Shown piece by piece: positions 48,039-58,252 of a stretch of DNA of 64,000 nucleotides; positions within the stretch are counted from its first letter, which is position 1, and each line of letters begins with the position of its first letter. The translations under genes and the position numbers were made by a program. The DNA comes from a bacterium (GTDB taxonomy: Bacteria > Hinthialibacterota > Hinthialibacteria > Hinthialibacterales > Hinthialibacteraceae). Below the pieces are notes generated by a model. It ran no database searches, had not been told where the DNA came from, and saw only the letters and a list, made by a program, of their open reading frames with translations. The stretch covers positions 1 to 64,000 of the forward strand of contig JBHGBC010000004.1 in the NCBI GenBank assembly GCA_041946805.1. The letters are read 5' to 3'.

Positions 48039-49511
48039 ATGCCTGGCCTATCCTCTCTCCGTTATTTGATTCTGTCCGCGGGGCGAATGGGCTCGATGAT
48101 CGCCCTTGTTTCCCTGTGCCTGAGACCATTCCCGGCCTTCACGGAAACGGCGGGCGTGGATGAATTTCTGCTGGGAACCGCAAAAGCGGAAATCACACCG
48201 CCCACGGGGTACCGGATGGCGGGGGGATTTTCGGAAGTGATCAGCACGGGCGTGAACGATCCCTTGTACGCCAAGGCCATGGCCTGGAAGCAGGGGAACA
48301 CCCAGGCGGTGATCGTGGTCTGCGACGTTTGCAGCGTCCCGCGGATGTACACCGATCCCATCCGCCGGCGGATCAGCGCGGATACGGGCACGCCGGTCTC
48401 CAACATCGCCGTCCTGGCCACGCACACGCACGGGGGGCCGGAGTATTACGGCGTGCTGCGGGACGCCCTGCACCGGCTCGCCGCCGAGAAAGAGGGAACC
48501 GATCCGCGGGAGACGATCGACTTCCCCGCTCTGTTCATGGACCAATGCGTGGCCGCGGCGGGGGAAGCCTACCGCCATCTGCGGCCGGTCCGGATCGCGA
48601 CCGGTTCGACCACCCTGCCCGGCATCGCCCAAAACCGGCGCTATCACATGAAGGACGGATCGGTGCGGTTCAATCCCGGCAAGCAGAATCCGGATATCGT
48701 CAAATCCGCCGGGCCGGTGGACGAGGAAGTCCCGATCCTCTTCTTCCGCGACGCCGAAGAGAACCGCCCGGTGGCGTCGTTGGTGATGTTCGCGATGCAC
48801 GTGGCTTCGTTTTACAACGGACAATTCGGCGCCGACTATCCGGGCGTCCTGCAAACCATCTTGCGGGAACAAGTGGGTCCGGATTTCTTTTCCGTCTTCA
48901 CCCAAGGCACGGCCGGCGATGTCAACCATTTCAATGTGACGGTCCCCACGCCCGATCCCAGCCCGGAAGCCATCGGCCAAGCCCTCGCCGGGGTGGTGAT
49001 GAAAGCCCTGCCTGGACTCAAGCCGGCGGCCGCGCCATCGTTGGCCGTACGGTCCATCCGGATCCCCGTACCCATGCAGGAATTCACGGACGAGGACGTG
49101 GCGCGGGCGGAGGACATTATTCATTACCGGATCACTCCCACGCCCGATTTCTACGTCAGCGTCCATGCCTGGAAAATCCTGAACACCCGGAACCTGGCCG
49201 CGCGGGATGGGGCCAACCTTCAAATGGAAGTCCAGGGATTCCGGCTGGACGGCGATACAGCGGTCGTGACTTTGCCGCACGAGGTTTTCGTGGAGTTGGG
49301 CCTGGCGATCAAAAAACAATCGCCTTTCGTCCGGACGCTGGTAGCCTCCATGGCCAACGACCTGGATTTCTACGTGCCGACACGCAAGGCGTTCGCCGAA
49401 GGCAGTTACGAGGTGGACACCAGCTCGATCAAACCGGGCGGGGGAGAATTGTTGGTGGCGGGCGCGCTCCAGCTGCTGAACGGATTGAAAGCGGCGCCGG
49501 GAGGAGAATAA
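48039..49511 (+). CDS. Secreted neutral/alkaline ceramidase-like hydrolase
   Basis: ITPP, DPLYAKA, ATHTHGGP, NRR, FAMH, ADYPG, GTAGDVNH, LPHEVF, YVPT..A..EGSYE. Confidence 0.8.
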   Translation: MPGLSSLRYLILSAGRMGSMIALVSLCLRPFPAFTETAGVDEFLLGTAKAEITPPTGYRMAGGFSEVISTGVNDPLYAKAMAWKQGNTQAVIVVCDVCSVPRMYTDPIRRRISADTGTPVSNIAVLATHTHGGPEYYGVLRDALHRLAAEKEGTDPRETIDFPALFMDQCVAAAGEAYRHLRPVRIATGSTTLPGIAQNRRYHMKDGSVRFNPGKQNPDIVKSAGPVDEEVPILFFRDAEENRPVASLVMFAMHVASFYNGQFGADYPGVLQTILREQVGPDFFSVFTQGTAGDVNHFNVTVPTPDPSPEAIGQALAGVVMKALPGLKPAAAPSLAVRSIRIPVPMQEFTDEDVARAEDIIHYRITPTPDFYVSVHAWKILNTRNLAARDGANLQMEVQGFRLDGDTAVVTLPHEVFVELGLAIKKQSPFVRTLVASMANDLDFYVPTRKAFAEGSYEVDTSSIKPGGGELLVAGALQLLNGLKAAPGGE

Positions 49512-49573
49512 GGCATGGCCGGGAGGCCAGGCCGAGGAGGGGATCGATGTCATTCGATTCAATGTCATTAGAT

Positions 49574-49601
49574 GTAGGAACACGTGGCAACGTGCCCTTA
49601 C
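49574..49601. repeat. REP family C
   Basis: GTAGGAACACGTGGCAACGTGCCCTTAC. Confidence 0.75.
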
Positions 49602-50132
49602 AATCCAATCCTCACCCAACGGGAACGGAGACGAGAAGGCCCACGGGCGTCCTGCCCGTGTATCGGTCCACCATGGCCGGGAAGGCCATGCCGCGCCAGG
49701 ATTTTCCTCCCCCTGGCCCACTCCCGAATAAAGAAAAACCCCGAAAGGTCAATCGTATGCCTTCCGAGAGAACAATCTTTGCACGTACAATAGGGGTTCA
49801 ATCCTTGGAACCAGGAACGGGATTCTGGGAGTGCGCGCATCACCCAGCCGGAACTGAAATACCTTGGGATAATCACCGAATGGATAGGATCGAAGTCGAC
49901 AACGGGACACGCCATCTGGACAAACACGTCAATCCGTCCGTACCGGCGATTGTCCATTATTCCTATTCATTCCACTATCGATCGCAATCATGAAAATCCG
50001 CATTCCATCCAGGGAATGGCGGGCGGGCAGGCGGTATCCTCTGTCCCCGCGATGTTCATGAACCGGTCCCACCTGAAATGAAAGGGCAAAAATGCCGGGA
50101 AACCGGATATTAACAAAGGAGGAACAGGGATT

Positions 50133-52307
50133 ATGGATTTGTTGAGGATGGCTCCCCAAGTTTTCTTCACCCAGACCGCGGGCCAGGAGGCCGCCGTGAC
50201 CTCGACGGCGGTCGAGGCCAAGTTCATGTGGATCGTACCGGTCGCGATCGCCGCCGCCGTGGCGTTCGCGATTTACCTGGCGTGGGACGTCATGCGCCGT
50301 GACAAGGGAACGGCGGCCATGCAGAACGTGGCCGGCATGATCTACGAGGGCGCGGTGGCGTTTCTCAAGCGGCAGTACGGAACGATCGGGCTGTTGACCG
50401 TGGTGGCGGGCATCGGCATGGGATTGCTGCTGGGCGTCCTGGAAAGCGCCACGCTGGGCTGGCACACCATGCTGGCGTTCTGGGTCGGGGCCCTGTGCTC
50501 GGCCCTGGCGGGAATCATCGGCATGTACGTAGCCGTCCAGGCCAACGTGCGGACCGCGTCGGCCGCGCAGCGCAGCATCAAGGAAGCGATCAACGTCGCC
50601 CTGCGGGGCGGGGCGGTCTCCGGCTTCCTGGTGGTGGCTTTGAGCCTGCTCGGTGTGTATGGCATCTTTTGGGCGTTCGGCGGCATGACCAAGGAAGGGA
50701 TCAGCGAAGCCCCCTTCATGATCGTGGGATTCGGTTTCGGGGCCAGTTTCGTGGCGCTCTTCGCCCAGCTGGGCGGTGGAATCTACACGAAGGCCGCGGA
50801 CGTGGGGGCGGATCTGGTGGGCAAGGTGGAAGCGGGGATTCCCGAAGACGATCCGCGCAATCCGGCGGTCATCGCCGACCTGGTGGGTGACAACGTGGGC
50901 GACTGCGCGGGCCGTGGCGCGGATCTGTTCGAATCGACCGCGGCCGAGAACATCGGAGCGATGATCCTCGGCGTGGCGATTTATCAGAAGACCAACGATC
51001 CCTCATGGATCTTCTTTCCCCTGGTGGTGCGCGCCCTCGGGCTGTTCGCCTCGATGGGCGGCATCATCACCGTCGGCTTGAGTCCGGTGCATGATCCCAT
51101 GGCGACCCTGAACCGCGGGTATTGGGTCATGACCGCGCTGGCCGGCCTGGGTATTGTCGTAATCACGAAAGCCATGCTGGGCAGTTGGTGGCTGGTCGCC
51201 GCCGGACTGATCGGCCTGGCCACGAGCGTGGCGTTTGTGTACATCACGCAATATTACACCGCGGGGACCTGGCGTCCGGTGCAGGAAATCGCGCGCGCGT
51301 CCAAAACGGGTCCGGCGACAAACATCATCTCCGGATTCGCGGTCGGATTGGAAACCACGGCGATCACGGCCATTTGCATTTCGATCGCCCTGGGCTCGGC
51401 CTATTTCTGCGGAACGCAATACGATCCGGTATCGGGCGGATTATTCGGCACCGCCGTGGCGACCATGGGGATGCTGACGGTGGTCGCGTACATCCTGGCC
51501 ATGGACACCTTCGGGCCGATCACGGACAATGCCGGCGGCATCGTGGAAATGTCCAAGGCTCCCGAAGAGACACGGAAAATCACCGACGCGCTGGATGCGG
51601 TGGGCAACACCACCAAGGCCTTGACCAAGGGGTATGCCGTGGGTTCGGCGGCCCTGGCGGCGTTTCTGCTGTTCAGCGCCTACCTGGACAAGGTGAAGGA
51701 AGTCAAGAAGATCCCCCTCACCGAATTGCTCCCGGTGGACCTGTCGAAGGTCGATGTCTTCATCGGCGGCTTTTTGGGCGCCATGCTGGTGTTCCTCTTC
51801 TCGTCGCTGGCCATCCGCGCGGTCGGCCGGGCGGCGGGCTCGATCATCGAAGAGGTCCGCTCCCAGTTCCGCAGTGATCCGGGCATCATGGCCGGGACCT
51901 CCAAGCCCAATTTCGCCAGCTGCGTGGACATCACGGCCCGCTCGGCGCTGCGGGAGATGATCGCTCCCGGCCTGCTGGTGGTCTTGGGACCGGTGCTGGT
52001 CGGCATCCTGTTGGGGTACGAGGCCGAAGCCGCCCTCCTGATGGTGGGCACGATCGCCGGCATCCTGATGGCGACGGTGTTGAACAACGGCGGCGGCGCG
52101 TGGGACAACGCCAAGAAATTCATCGAAGCCGGCTTTATGAAAGATGAGAACGGCAACGTTCTGGGCAAAGGTTCCGACGTGCACAAGGCGGCCGTCGTGG
52201 GCGACACGGTGGGCGATCCCTTCAAGGACACGGCGGGCCCGTCGCTGCACGTGTTGATCAAGCTGCTCTCGACGATCACGCTGGTGCTCGCCCCGCTGTT
52301 TATTTAA
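50133..52307 (+). CDS. hppA: Membrane-bound ion-translocating pyrophosphatase (K+-independent signature)
   Basis: GGGIYTKAADVGADLVGKVEAGIPEDDPRN, DNVGD, GNTTKA, GGAWDNAKK, GDPFKDTAGPS. Confidence 0.96.
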   Translation: MDLLRMAPQVFFTQTAGQEAAVTSTAVEAKFMWIVPVAIAAAVAFAIYLAWDVMRRDKGTAAMQNVAGMIYEGAVAFLKRQYGTIGLLTVVAGIGMGLLLGVLESATLGWHTMLAFWVGALCSALAGIIGMYVAVQANVRTASAAQRSIKEAINVALRGGAVSGFLVVALSLLGVYGIFWAFGGMTKEGISEAPFMIVGFGFGASFVALFAQLGGGIYTKAADVGADLVGKVEAGIPEDDPRNPAVIADLVGDNVGDCAGRGADLFESTAAENIGAMILGVAIYQKTNDPSWIFFPLVVRALGLFASMGGIITVGLSPVHDPMATLNRGYWVMTALAGLGIVVITKAMLGSWWLVAAGLIGLATSVAFVYITQYYTAGTWRPVQEIARASKTGPATNIISGFAVGLETTAITAICISIALGSAYFCGTQYDPVSGGLFGTAVATMGMLTVVAYILAMDTFGPITDNAGGIVEMSKAPEETRKITDALDAVGNTTKALTKGYAVGSAALAAFLLFSAYLDKVKEVKKIPLTELLPVDLSKVDVFIGGFLGAMLVFLFSSLAIRAVGRAAGSIIEEVRSQFRSDPGIMAGTSKPNFASCVDITARSALREMIAPGLLVVLGPVLVGILLGYEAEAALLMVGTIAGILMATVLNNGGGAWDNAKKFIEAGFMKDENGNVLGKGSDVHKAAVVGDTVGDPFKDTAGPSLHVLIKLLSTITLVLAPLFI

Positions 52308-52334
52308 TCCATTCACTTCCGTTCGCGGTACCGG

Positions 52335-52369
52335 CCGGCGCTGGCGAGGAGCCAGCGCCGGTTTTTATT
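52335..52369 (+). terminator. Intrinsic terminator after hppA
   Basis: CCGGCGCTGGC-GAGGA-GCCAGCGCCGG followed by TTTTTATT. Confidence 0.88.
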
Positions 52370-52578
52370 GTGATTGTGCCAGGATTATGTAAAGACGAGA
52401 CGGCCGCGCCGCAAATTTATATTTCTCCATTATCATGGAGATAACCTCCAGGAAAGAGATCTACCTGGGAAGATTAGGCAACTGTCATGTCTTTCTCAAT
52501 CTGGAACCAACCGGATTTGATTGTATGATTGGAAACATTGTTACGGTTAACCGTTCATCTCTGAAAGGAAAGCGAACG

Positions 52579-53160
52579 ATGCTCCAAGATTACAGGGGAT
52601 TTACATTGATCGAGTTGTTGATCGTGGTCGCGATTATCGGCATTTTGGCGGCCATCGCCGTTCCGAATTTTCTGAACGCCCAAACGCGGGCCAAGATCAG
52701 CCGCGTGCATTCGGATCTGAAAGCCCTCGGCACTGCGATCGAAATGTACGGACTCGATCACAACACGTACCCGGGGGGAGAAAAGCTGTGGGCGTCCGGG
52801 ACCAAATGGTGGCAAAAGCACACCTACCGGTATCACGTGCTGACCACGCCGGTCGCGTATATGACCTCGATCCCCATCGATCCGTTCCAAACCCATGAAC
52901 CCCAGCGCATCCGGGCGGACTTGGGCACGATTTGGGATGGCGGATACGTCTATGATGAAGACAAGCGGCCGGACGGCGGCCATATCACGATGATGCTATA
53001 CGGCCCGGGATTCAAATACGCCGCGCGCAGCCCGGGACCGGCCTTGAACTGGGCCACGGAAATCTCTCATGGCAACCGGATTGTCATGTATGCCTCGTCC
53101 AACGGCCTGATCAGCAATGGCATTCTGGCCGTCCTGGGACCGGGTGGGACGGTGTTTTGA
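52579..53160 (+). CDS. Prepilin-type N-terminal cleavage/methylation protein
   Basis: GFTLIELLIVVAIIGILAAIAVPNFLNAQ; LTTPVAYMTSIPIDPF; YASSNGLISNG. Confidence 0.9.
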   Translation: MLQDYRGFTLIELLIVVAIIGILAAIAVPNFLNAQTRAKISRVHSDLKALGTAIEMYGLDHNTYPGGEKLWASGTKWWQKHTYRYHVLTTPVAYMTSIPIDPFQTHEPQRIRADLGTIWDGGYVYDEDKRPDGGHITMMLYGPGFKYAARSPGPALNWATEISHGNRIVMYASSNGLISNGILAVLGPGGTVF

Positions 53161-53326
53161 TTTCACCGCCGAGATGCGGAGGGCGCGGAGATTTCTCGGT
53201 TAGAATGGCCAGGAATGGAATGATGGTACTAATAAAATCGGTTGGATGAACGGATGACACGGATGAAGAACCTATTGAGCTGACGGATTATGTCTGGATT
53301 TGATGAATAAAGTACCCATATGGAAA

Positions 53327-53502
53327 GTAGGGGCACGGTGCAACGTGCCCCTACAAATTTGCGCGAAAAGTTCGGCTTCAAATCGGTGGAGTTTCATGAA
53401 GGTATAGTATTGCTCTCACCCTGGTCCTCTCCCAAAGGGAGAGGGAATGCAGAAGAGAGGGTTATCGTTTGGGGGCTACTCTGCACGTTGAGCCCACCCT
53501 GT
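53327..53502. repeat. REP mosaic (C 53327-53354, A 53413-53445, E 53471-53502)
   Basis: GTAGGGGCACGGTGCAACGTGCCCCTAC and further units between convergent genes. Confidence 0.85.
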
Positions 53503-53530
53503 TTTTGCTTCACAATGGGCGATCCGTACT

Positions 53531-55432
53531 TCAAAATCCCGCTTTTTTGTCCACCACATTGAGCAACGCCTCGCCCGCGGCGAAGCGCCGGACATTCTCC
53601 CGCAGCAGATGCCAGGCCAAGCGGTCGGTTTCATACGCGCGGGCTGACATGTGCGGCGTGATGATCACGTTCTTGAGCGACCATAACGGATGCCCTTCCG
53701 GCAGCGGCTCGGGATCGGTCACGTCCATCGCCGCCCCCGCCAGCCGGTTGGCGCGGAGAGCGTCCACCAGCGCGCCGGTGTCGATCACCTCGCCCCGGCT
53801 GATGTTGACGAGATAGGCGGAAGGCTTCATCATGGCCAGCCGCTCCGTGTTGAAATAGCGTTGCGTGGCCGGCGTCAGGGGCACGCAGCACACCACGAAA
53901 TCCGCCTGGGGCAGCAGGGCTTCCATTTCGCCGGGCGGAACGATGCGTTGGACACCGGCGGGGCGTTCGCCGGGCTTGGGATCGATGGCGATGATCCGCA
54001 TCCCAAAGCCCGCGGCGCGGCGGGCCACCTCCCGGCCGATGCCCCCGAAGCCCCAGATCAGCAGCGTCTTCTCTTCCAGGGTAAACGGCGGACGGTTGCG
54101 GACATGAATCCATTTCCCTTGGAGTTGCTGCTCGTATTGATCCGCCAGCCCCTTGCTGAACATCAACATGAAACCGAGCACCTGGTCGGCGATGGCGGCG
54201 GCCGACATCCCCCGGCTGTTGGTCATCACCACCGGGCTGTCGACAAGTTCCGGAAAAAGATACTCCTCCACCCCCACCGTGCGGATATGCACCCAGCGCA
54301 ACCGGGGCGCGGCCCGGAACATGGCCGGCGTGACCGGCCCGATCACCGCGTCCACGCCTTCCATGTGTTTCAAGGCTTCCTCTTCCGATCGCGCCTCGAC
54401 GATCTCCACTCCCGGCGCGACGAGCCGCAATCCCGGCAATTGGCCTTCGAACAGCCCTTGCGCCAGAATCTTGCGCGGGGGCGTCCAGCCCGGCGAGTCC
54501 CGGGTGGGGGACGGCCCCGCCCGCAGTTCCAGGCCCGCCAGGGTGAATGGCATGATCAAGCCGGTCAATTCCTTGTAAATGTGGTGGACCGCTTCTCTAT
54601 ACAACGGTAGATCGGATTCAGGCAGCGGTTTCCCGGATTGAATCCGCTCCTCGATTTGGAGAAGGGATAATTTATTCTTCAATCCCTCCTGGACCTGGGC
54701 GCGCAGGCCGGTCCAAAAATCCTTCTGCGCGCGCAACAACTCGTTCCCGCCGGATTCACCCCGGCCGGGACATACGATCCGCGCCCCCAATTGCTCCAGC
54801 ACGGTGAGCACGTCGAGCCATTTCGCGGTATAGGTCATATCCGACACACTGGGGATTCCATTCACGCACAAGCCGCCCGTGAAGAGAATCTGCTCGCGGG
54901 GCAGCCAGGCCACGGCGCCGCCGCGCGTGAGGCCCGGACCGAAATGCAGCAGTTCCACCCGGCGGGCCCCCTCCTCGATCACCAGGCGGTCATCGAACAG
55001 CCAGACCGGACCTTTCCGGTTTTGCTCGGCCGTGTTCAGACCGGACTCCTTGGAACGTATTGAGGAAGGCGCTTCATCCAAATCCTGGCGTTGACATATC
55101 CGCGTGGCGCCCTCCGCCGCGAAAGGCGAATCGTCCCATGATTCATCCCAGCCGGATTGGGTATGGAACACATATCGAACCGGTTTGGGTGAGATGGAAC
55201 GGATTTCATCCAAGACAGTCCGCGCCGCGATGGAGGCGCCGGATTCGATCACGAGGATGAACGATTCAAATTCCACCCAGCCCAGGTTGCCGCCCTCCCG
55301 CGCGACGTGAAAATGCACGCCGGGCGCGATTTCCGTCGCGGAAAAGGACGACAGGGGATCCGCCGACCAGAGGATCAACAACACCGGAACAACACGGAAG
55401 AGGAGTATCGCGGAAATAATGTATCGGGTCAT
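53531..55432 (-). CDS. Fusion of degenerate MBL-fold domain and D-2-hydroxyacid dehydrogenase
   Basis: C-half GFGGIG, NISRG, DVTDPEP, TPHMSA; N-half MBL scaffold (PVRYVF, LPREQILFTG, IVCPGRG); hydrophobic N-terminus. Confidence 0.85.
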   Translation of the reverse strand: MTRYIISAILLFRVVPVLLILWSADPLSSFSATEIAPGVHFHVAREGGNLGWVEFESFILVIESGASIAARTVLDEIRSISPKPVRYVFHTQSGWDESWDDSPFAAEGATRICQRQDLDEAPSSIRSKESGLNTAEQNRKGPVWLFDDRLVIEEGARRVELLHFGPGLTRGGAVAWLPREQILFTGGLCVNGIPSVSDMTYTAKWLDVLTVLEQLGARIVCPGRGESGGNELLRAQKDFWTGLRAQVQEGLKNKLSLLQIEERIQSGKPLPESDLPLYREAVHHIYKELTGLIMPFTLAGLELRAGPSPTRDSPGWTPPRKILAQGLFEGQLPGLRLVAPGVEIVEARSEEEALKHMEGVDAVIGPVTPAMFRAAPRLRWVHIRTVGVEEYLFPELVDSPVVMTNSRGMSAAAIADQVLGFMLMFSKGLADQYEQQLQGKWIHVRNRPPFTLEEKTLLIWGFGGIGREVARRAAGFGMRIIAIDPKPGERPAGVQRIVPPGEMEALLPQADFVVCCVPLTPATQRYFNTERLAMMKPSAYLVNISRGEVIDTGALVDALRANRLAGAAMDVTDPEPLPEGHPLWSLKNVIITPHMSARAYETDRLAWHLLRENVRRFAAGEALLNVVDKKAGF

Positions 55433-55503
55433 GGGAAACCTTTCGTGAAGTGGATAAAAGAGTCATTGCTTGGAGATTACCATGGATTATCCGGCCTGAA
55501 ATG

Positions 55504-55790
55504 CCCAGGGCTGAAGCCCGGGGCTAGTTTAAAGGGTTTCCTGAAGGGGTTTCCAATCATTGTTGAGCTAAGGTTAATTCGATATTTGGGAGATGTTTGT
55601 GAAACGAAAGGCTTTCCCTCACCCTGGCCCTCTCCCCAAGGGAGAGGGGAAACAGAATTGATGGAGATGGGCATTATCACACGGCTTTTCTCCATAAAAT
55701 CCGTGTTCTTTTCGTGCCCTACGTAACTCAATCCGCGCCCGTCACCTTCATCCCGGTCATCCTGGTCATCCTGGCCATCCTGATTCAGAC
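55504..55790. repeat. REP mosaic (D 55504-55525, A 55616-55650, 9-bp tandem CATCCTGGT ending CTGATTCAGAC)
   Basis: Direct reading; CATCCCGGT-CATCCTGGT-CATCCTGGC-CATCCTGAT at about 55749-55785. Confidence 0.75.
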
Positions 55791-55887
55791 GTATTGAACC
55801 ACGAAGCACACAGGTTTAATTCCTCTTCCCTTATCCCTTATACTCAAAGCCAGAATGAATCCATACAACGAAACCACGAGGGATCTC

Positions 55888-58197
55888 ATGACGAATTGTC
55901 AACGTATTTACTCTCTCGGAACCTTCCTTGTTCTACTTGCCCTGCTTGCACCCACAGGCCCGGCGGAGGAATCCCTCCCCATGGGCAGCGCGCCCGCGCC
56001 CATGGCCTTCGAGCATTTCCCCAGCCGCCTGCATGCCTTCGTCTGGCGTAACTGGCCGCTGGTCGAAGCGGAGCGCCTGGCCCAGGTTCTCGAAACCACG
56101 CCGGAGCAGGTCCGCGCCTTGGCCGAATCCATGGGACTGCCGGAGCAGCATCCCATCACGGGGAAGGACAGGGACCGCATCTACATCACCCTGATCCGCC
56201 GCAACTGGCACCTTCTGCCTTACGAACAACTGTTGGCATTGCTGGATATGTCGAGCGAGAAGTTGGCCTATATTCTGCGCGAGGATGACTTTCTGTACGT
56301 GAAACTCGGGAACTTGAAGCCGAAATGCGACCGGTTGGTGTTCGCGCCGCCCAGCGAAGCAGAACAGAAACGGTGTGCGGAAATCAAGCGGACCGTCCAG
56401 GACCTGTTCGGCCGGGAATTGCAAAATCCCGAGGTCAAACGCTTTCAATTCGTCGAGGAACTCAGCCGCCCCGACCCGGATTTCAAACTGGATACCACGG
56501 CCGCGAAACGCTTCTCGCCCCGTTATATCTATTCGTATTTCGCCCTCTATGGCGATCCGCTGATGACGCCCGAGCTCGATCCCTACCCGGACGGCCTGCT
56601 GCAAAAATTGGCCGCGCGGGGCGTCGATGGCGTGTGGATGCACACCGTGTTGCGCCAGCTGGCTCCCGGCGGCCCGTTTCCCGAATTCGGCCGGGATCAC
56701 GAAATCCGGATCCAGAACCTGCGGGAGTTAGCGAAAAAGGCCCGGAAAAACGGCCTGGGGATTTATCTCTACATGAACGAGCCGCGGGCCATGCCGGCGG
56801 ATTTCTTCAAGAACCGGGAAGCGATCCGGGGCGTGCGGGAGGGGGACTATTGCACGATGTGCACCAGCGCCCCCACGGTGCGGCAATGGATCAGTGATTC
56901 GTTGGCCTTTGTGTTCGAGCAAGTTCCGGAGCTGGCGGGAGTGTTCACGATCAGCGGTTCGGAAAATCTGACGCATTGCGCCTCGCACGGCCGTTCGGAT
57001 CAATGCCCGCGCTGTAAAAACCGCACCCCGGCGGAAATCACCGCCGAAGCCAACGTCCTCGTCGAGGAAGGCGTCCACCGCGGCAACCCCGACGCCCAGG
57101 TGATCGTCTGGGATTGGGGCTGGAACGACAATTGGGTGGAGGAGGCGATCCAAAAACTCCCCAAATCCGTGCTGTTCATGTCGGTCAGCGAATGGGCGAA
57201 GCCCATCGAGCGGGGCGGGATCCAGACCACGGTGGGCGAGTATTCCCTCTCCGCCGTCGGTCCGGGTCCAAGAGCAGTCAAGCATTGGGCCGCCGCCCGC
57301 CGGGCCGGCCTCAAAACCATGGCCAAGCTGCAGATCAACTGCACTTGGGAACTCTCTTCCCTGCCCTACCTGCCGGTCATGGACCTAGTGGCCGAGCATT
57401 GCCAAAACCTTCTGACACAGCAGGTGGACGGCTGCCAACTCAGCTGGTCGCTCGGCGGGTATCCCTCGCCCAACCAGGAACTGGTTCATCTCTTTGACCA
57501 AACCCCGCCGCCGGATAAAAACGCAGCGCTTGACACGCTGGCCCTGTCCGGCTACGGTCCCGAGGGCGCGCCGCCGGCCCGGCAAGCGTGGACGAAATTC
57601 AGCCGCGCGTTTCAGGAATATCCCTACAACGGCGCGGTGGTTTACAACGCCCCGGTGCAGCTGGGACCGGCGAATTTGCTCTATCCCGCTCCCACCGGTT
57701 ACGCCGCCACCATGGTGGGGATTCCCTACGACGACGTGAAAGGCTGGCGCGGGCCGTATCCCGCGGACATCTTCGCGGATCAATTCGCCAAGGTGGCCCG
57801 GGGCTGGGCGGAGGGACTCGGCGATCTGGAACAGGCCATGAATAAGGCGCCCAAGGATAAGCAAGCCGAAGCCCAGGCGCAGTTGCGCTACGCCTCCGCC
57901 GCGCGGATGTATTTTTCCTCGGTGGCCAACCAGATCCGATTCACCACGCTCCGCGACACCTGGCTGGACAAGAATCAATCGCTGCCGGAGGGAAAACGCC
58001 AGGAAATGCGGGAAGCGATGCGAAAAATCCTGCGGGATGAAATCCAACTCGCAAAAGATCTGTTTATCTTAACCCGCCAGGATTCCTGCATCGGCTTCGA
58101 GGCCTCCAACCACTATTTCTATGTCCCAGTGGATTTGATGGAAAAGGCCATCAATTGCCATCACATCCTGGATCATGTGGATGAGTTGTATAAATGA
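55888..58197 (+). CDS. Large secreted protein, probable TIM-barrel glycoside-hydrolase-like fold
   Basis: Signal peptide; GVDGVW, GLGIYLYMNEP, HCASHG..QCPRC, VIVWDWGW. Confidence 0.65.
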   Translation: MTNCQRIYSLGTFLVLLALLAPTGPAEESLPMGSAPAPMAFEHFPSRLHAFVWRNWPLVEAERLAQVLETTPEQVRALAESMGLPEQHPITGKDRDRIYITLIRRNWHLLPYEQLLALLDMSSEKLAYILREDDFLYVKLGNLKPKCDRLVFAPPSEAEQKRCAEIKRTVQDLFGRELQNPEVKRFQFVEELSRPDPDFKLDTTAAKRFSPRYIYSYFALYGDPLMTPELDPYPDGLLQKLAARGVDGVWMHTVLRQLAPGGPFPEFGRDHEIRIQNLRELAKKARKNGLGIYLYMNEPRAMPADFFKNREAIRGVREGDYCTMCTSAPTVRQWISDSLAFVFEQVPELAGVFTISGSENLTHCASHGRSDQCPRCKNRTPAEITAEANVLVEEGVHRGNPDAQVIVWDWGWNDNWVEEAIQKLPKSVLFMSVSEWAKPIERGGIQTTVGEYSLSAVGPGPRAVKHWAAARRAGLKTMAKLQINCTWELSSLPYLPVMDLVAEHCQNLLTQQVDGCQLSWSLGGYPSPNQELVHLFDQTPPPDKNAALDTLALSGYGPEGAPPARQAWTKFSRAFQEYPYNGAVVYNAPVQLGPANLLYPAPTGYAATMVGIPYDDVKGWRGPYPADIFADQFAKVARGWAEGLGDLEQAMNKAPKDKQAEAQAQLRYASAARMYFSSVANQIRFTTLRDTWLDKNQSLPEGKRQEMREAMRKILRDEIQLAKDLFILTRQDSCIGFEASNHYFYVPVDLMEKAINCHHILDHVDELYK

Positions 58198-58252
58198 TTC
58201 CTCTGAACTAAAAAATAAAATATTCATGACATAGATGGGGAGGATTCAAACC

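Noticed and set aside
49598..49957. Minus-strand ORF beginning MDNRRYGR (PilZ-like RxxxR)
   Set aside because: The second PilZ motif is not at normal spacing, composition is atypical, and the ORF ends in a REP
50010..50125. Riboswitch (c-di-GMP-I-like GGGCAAA..GAAA) upstream of hppA
   Set aside because: Lacks the following GACGCAAA and second stem; only generic hairpins
20247..53160. Diversity-generating retroelement acting on the pilins
   Set aside because: No reverse transcriptase and no near-identical template/variable repeat pair with adenine-specific differences
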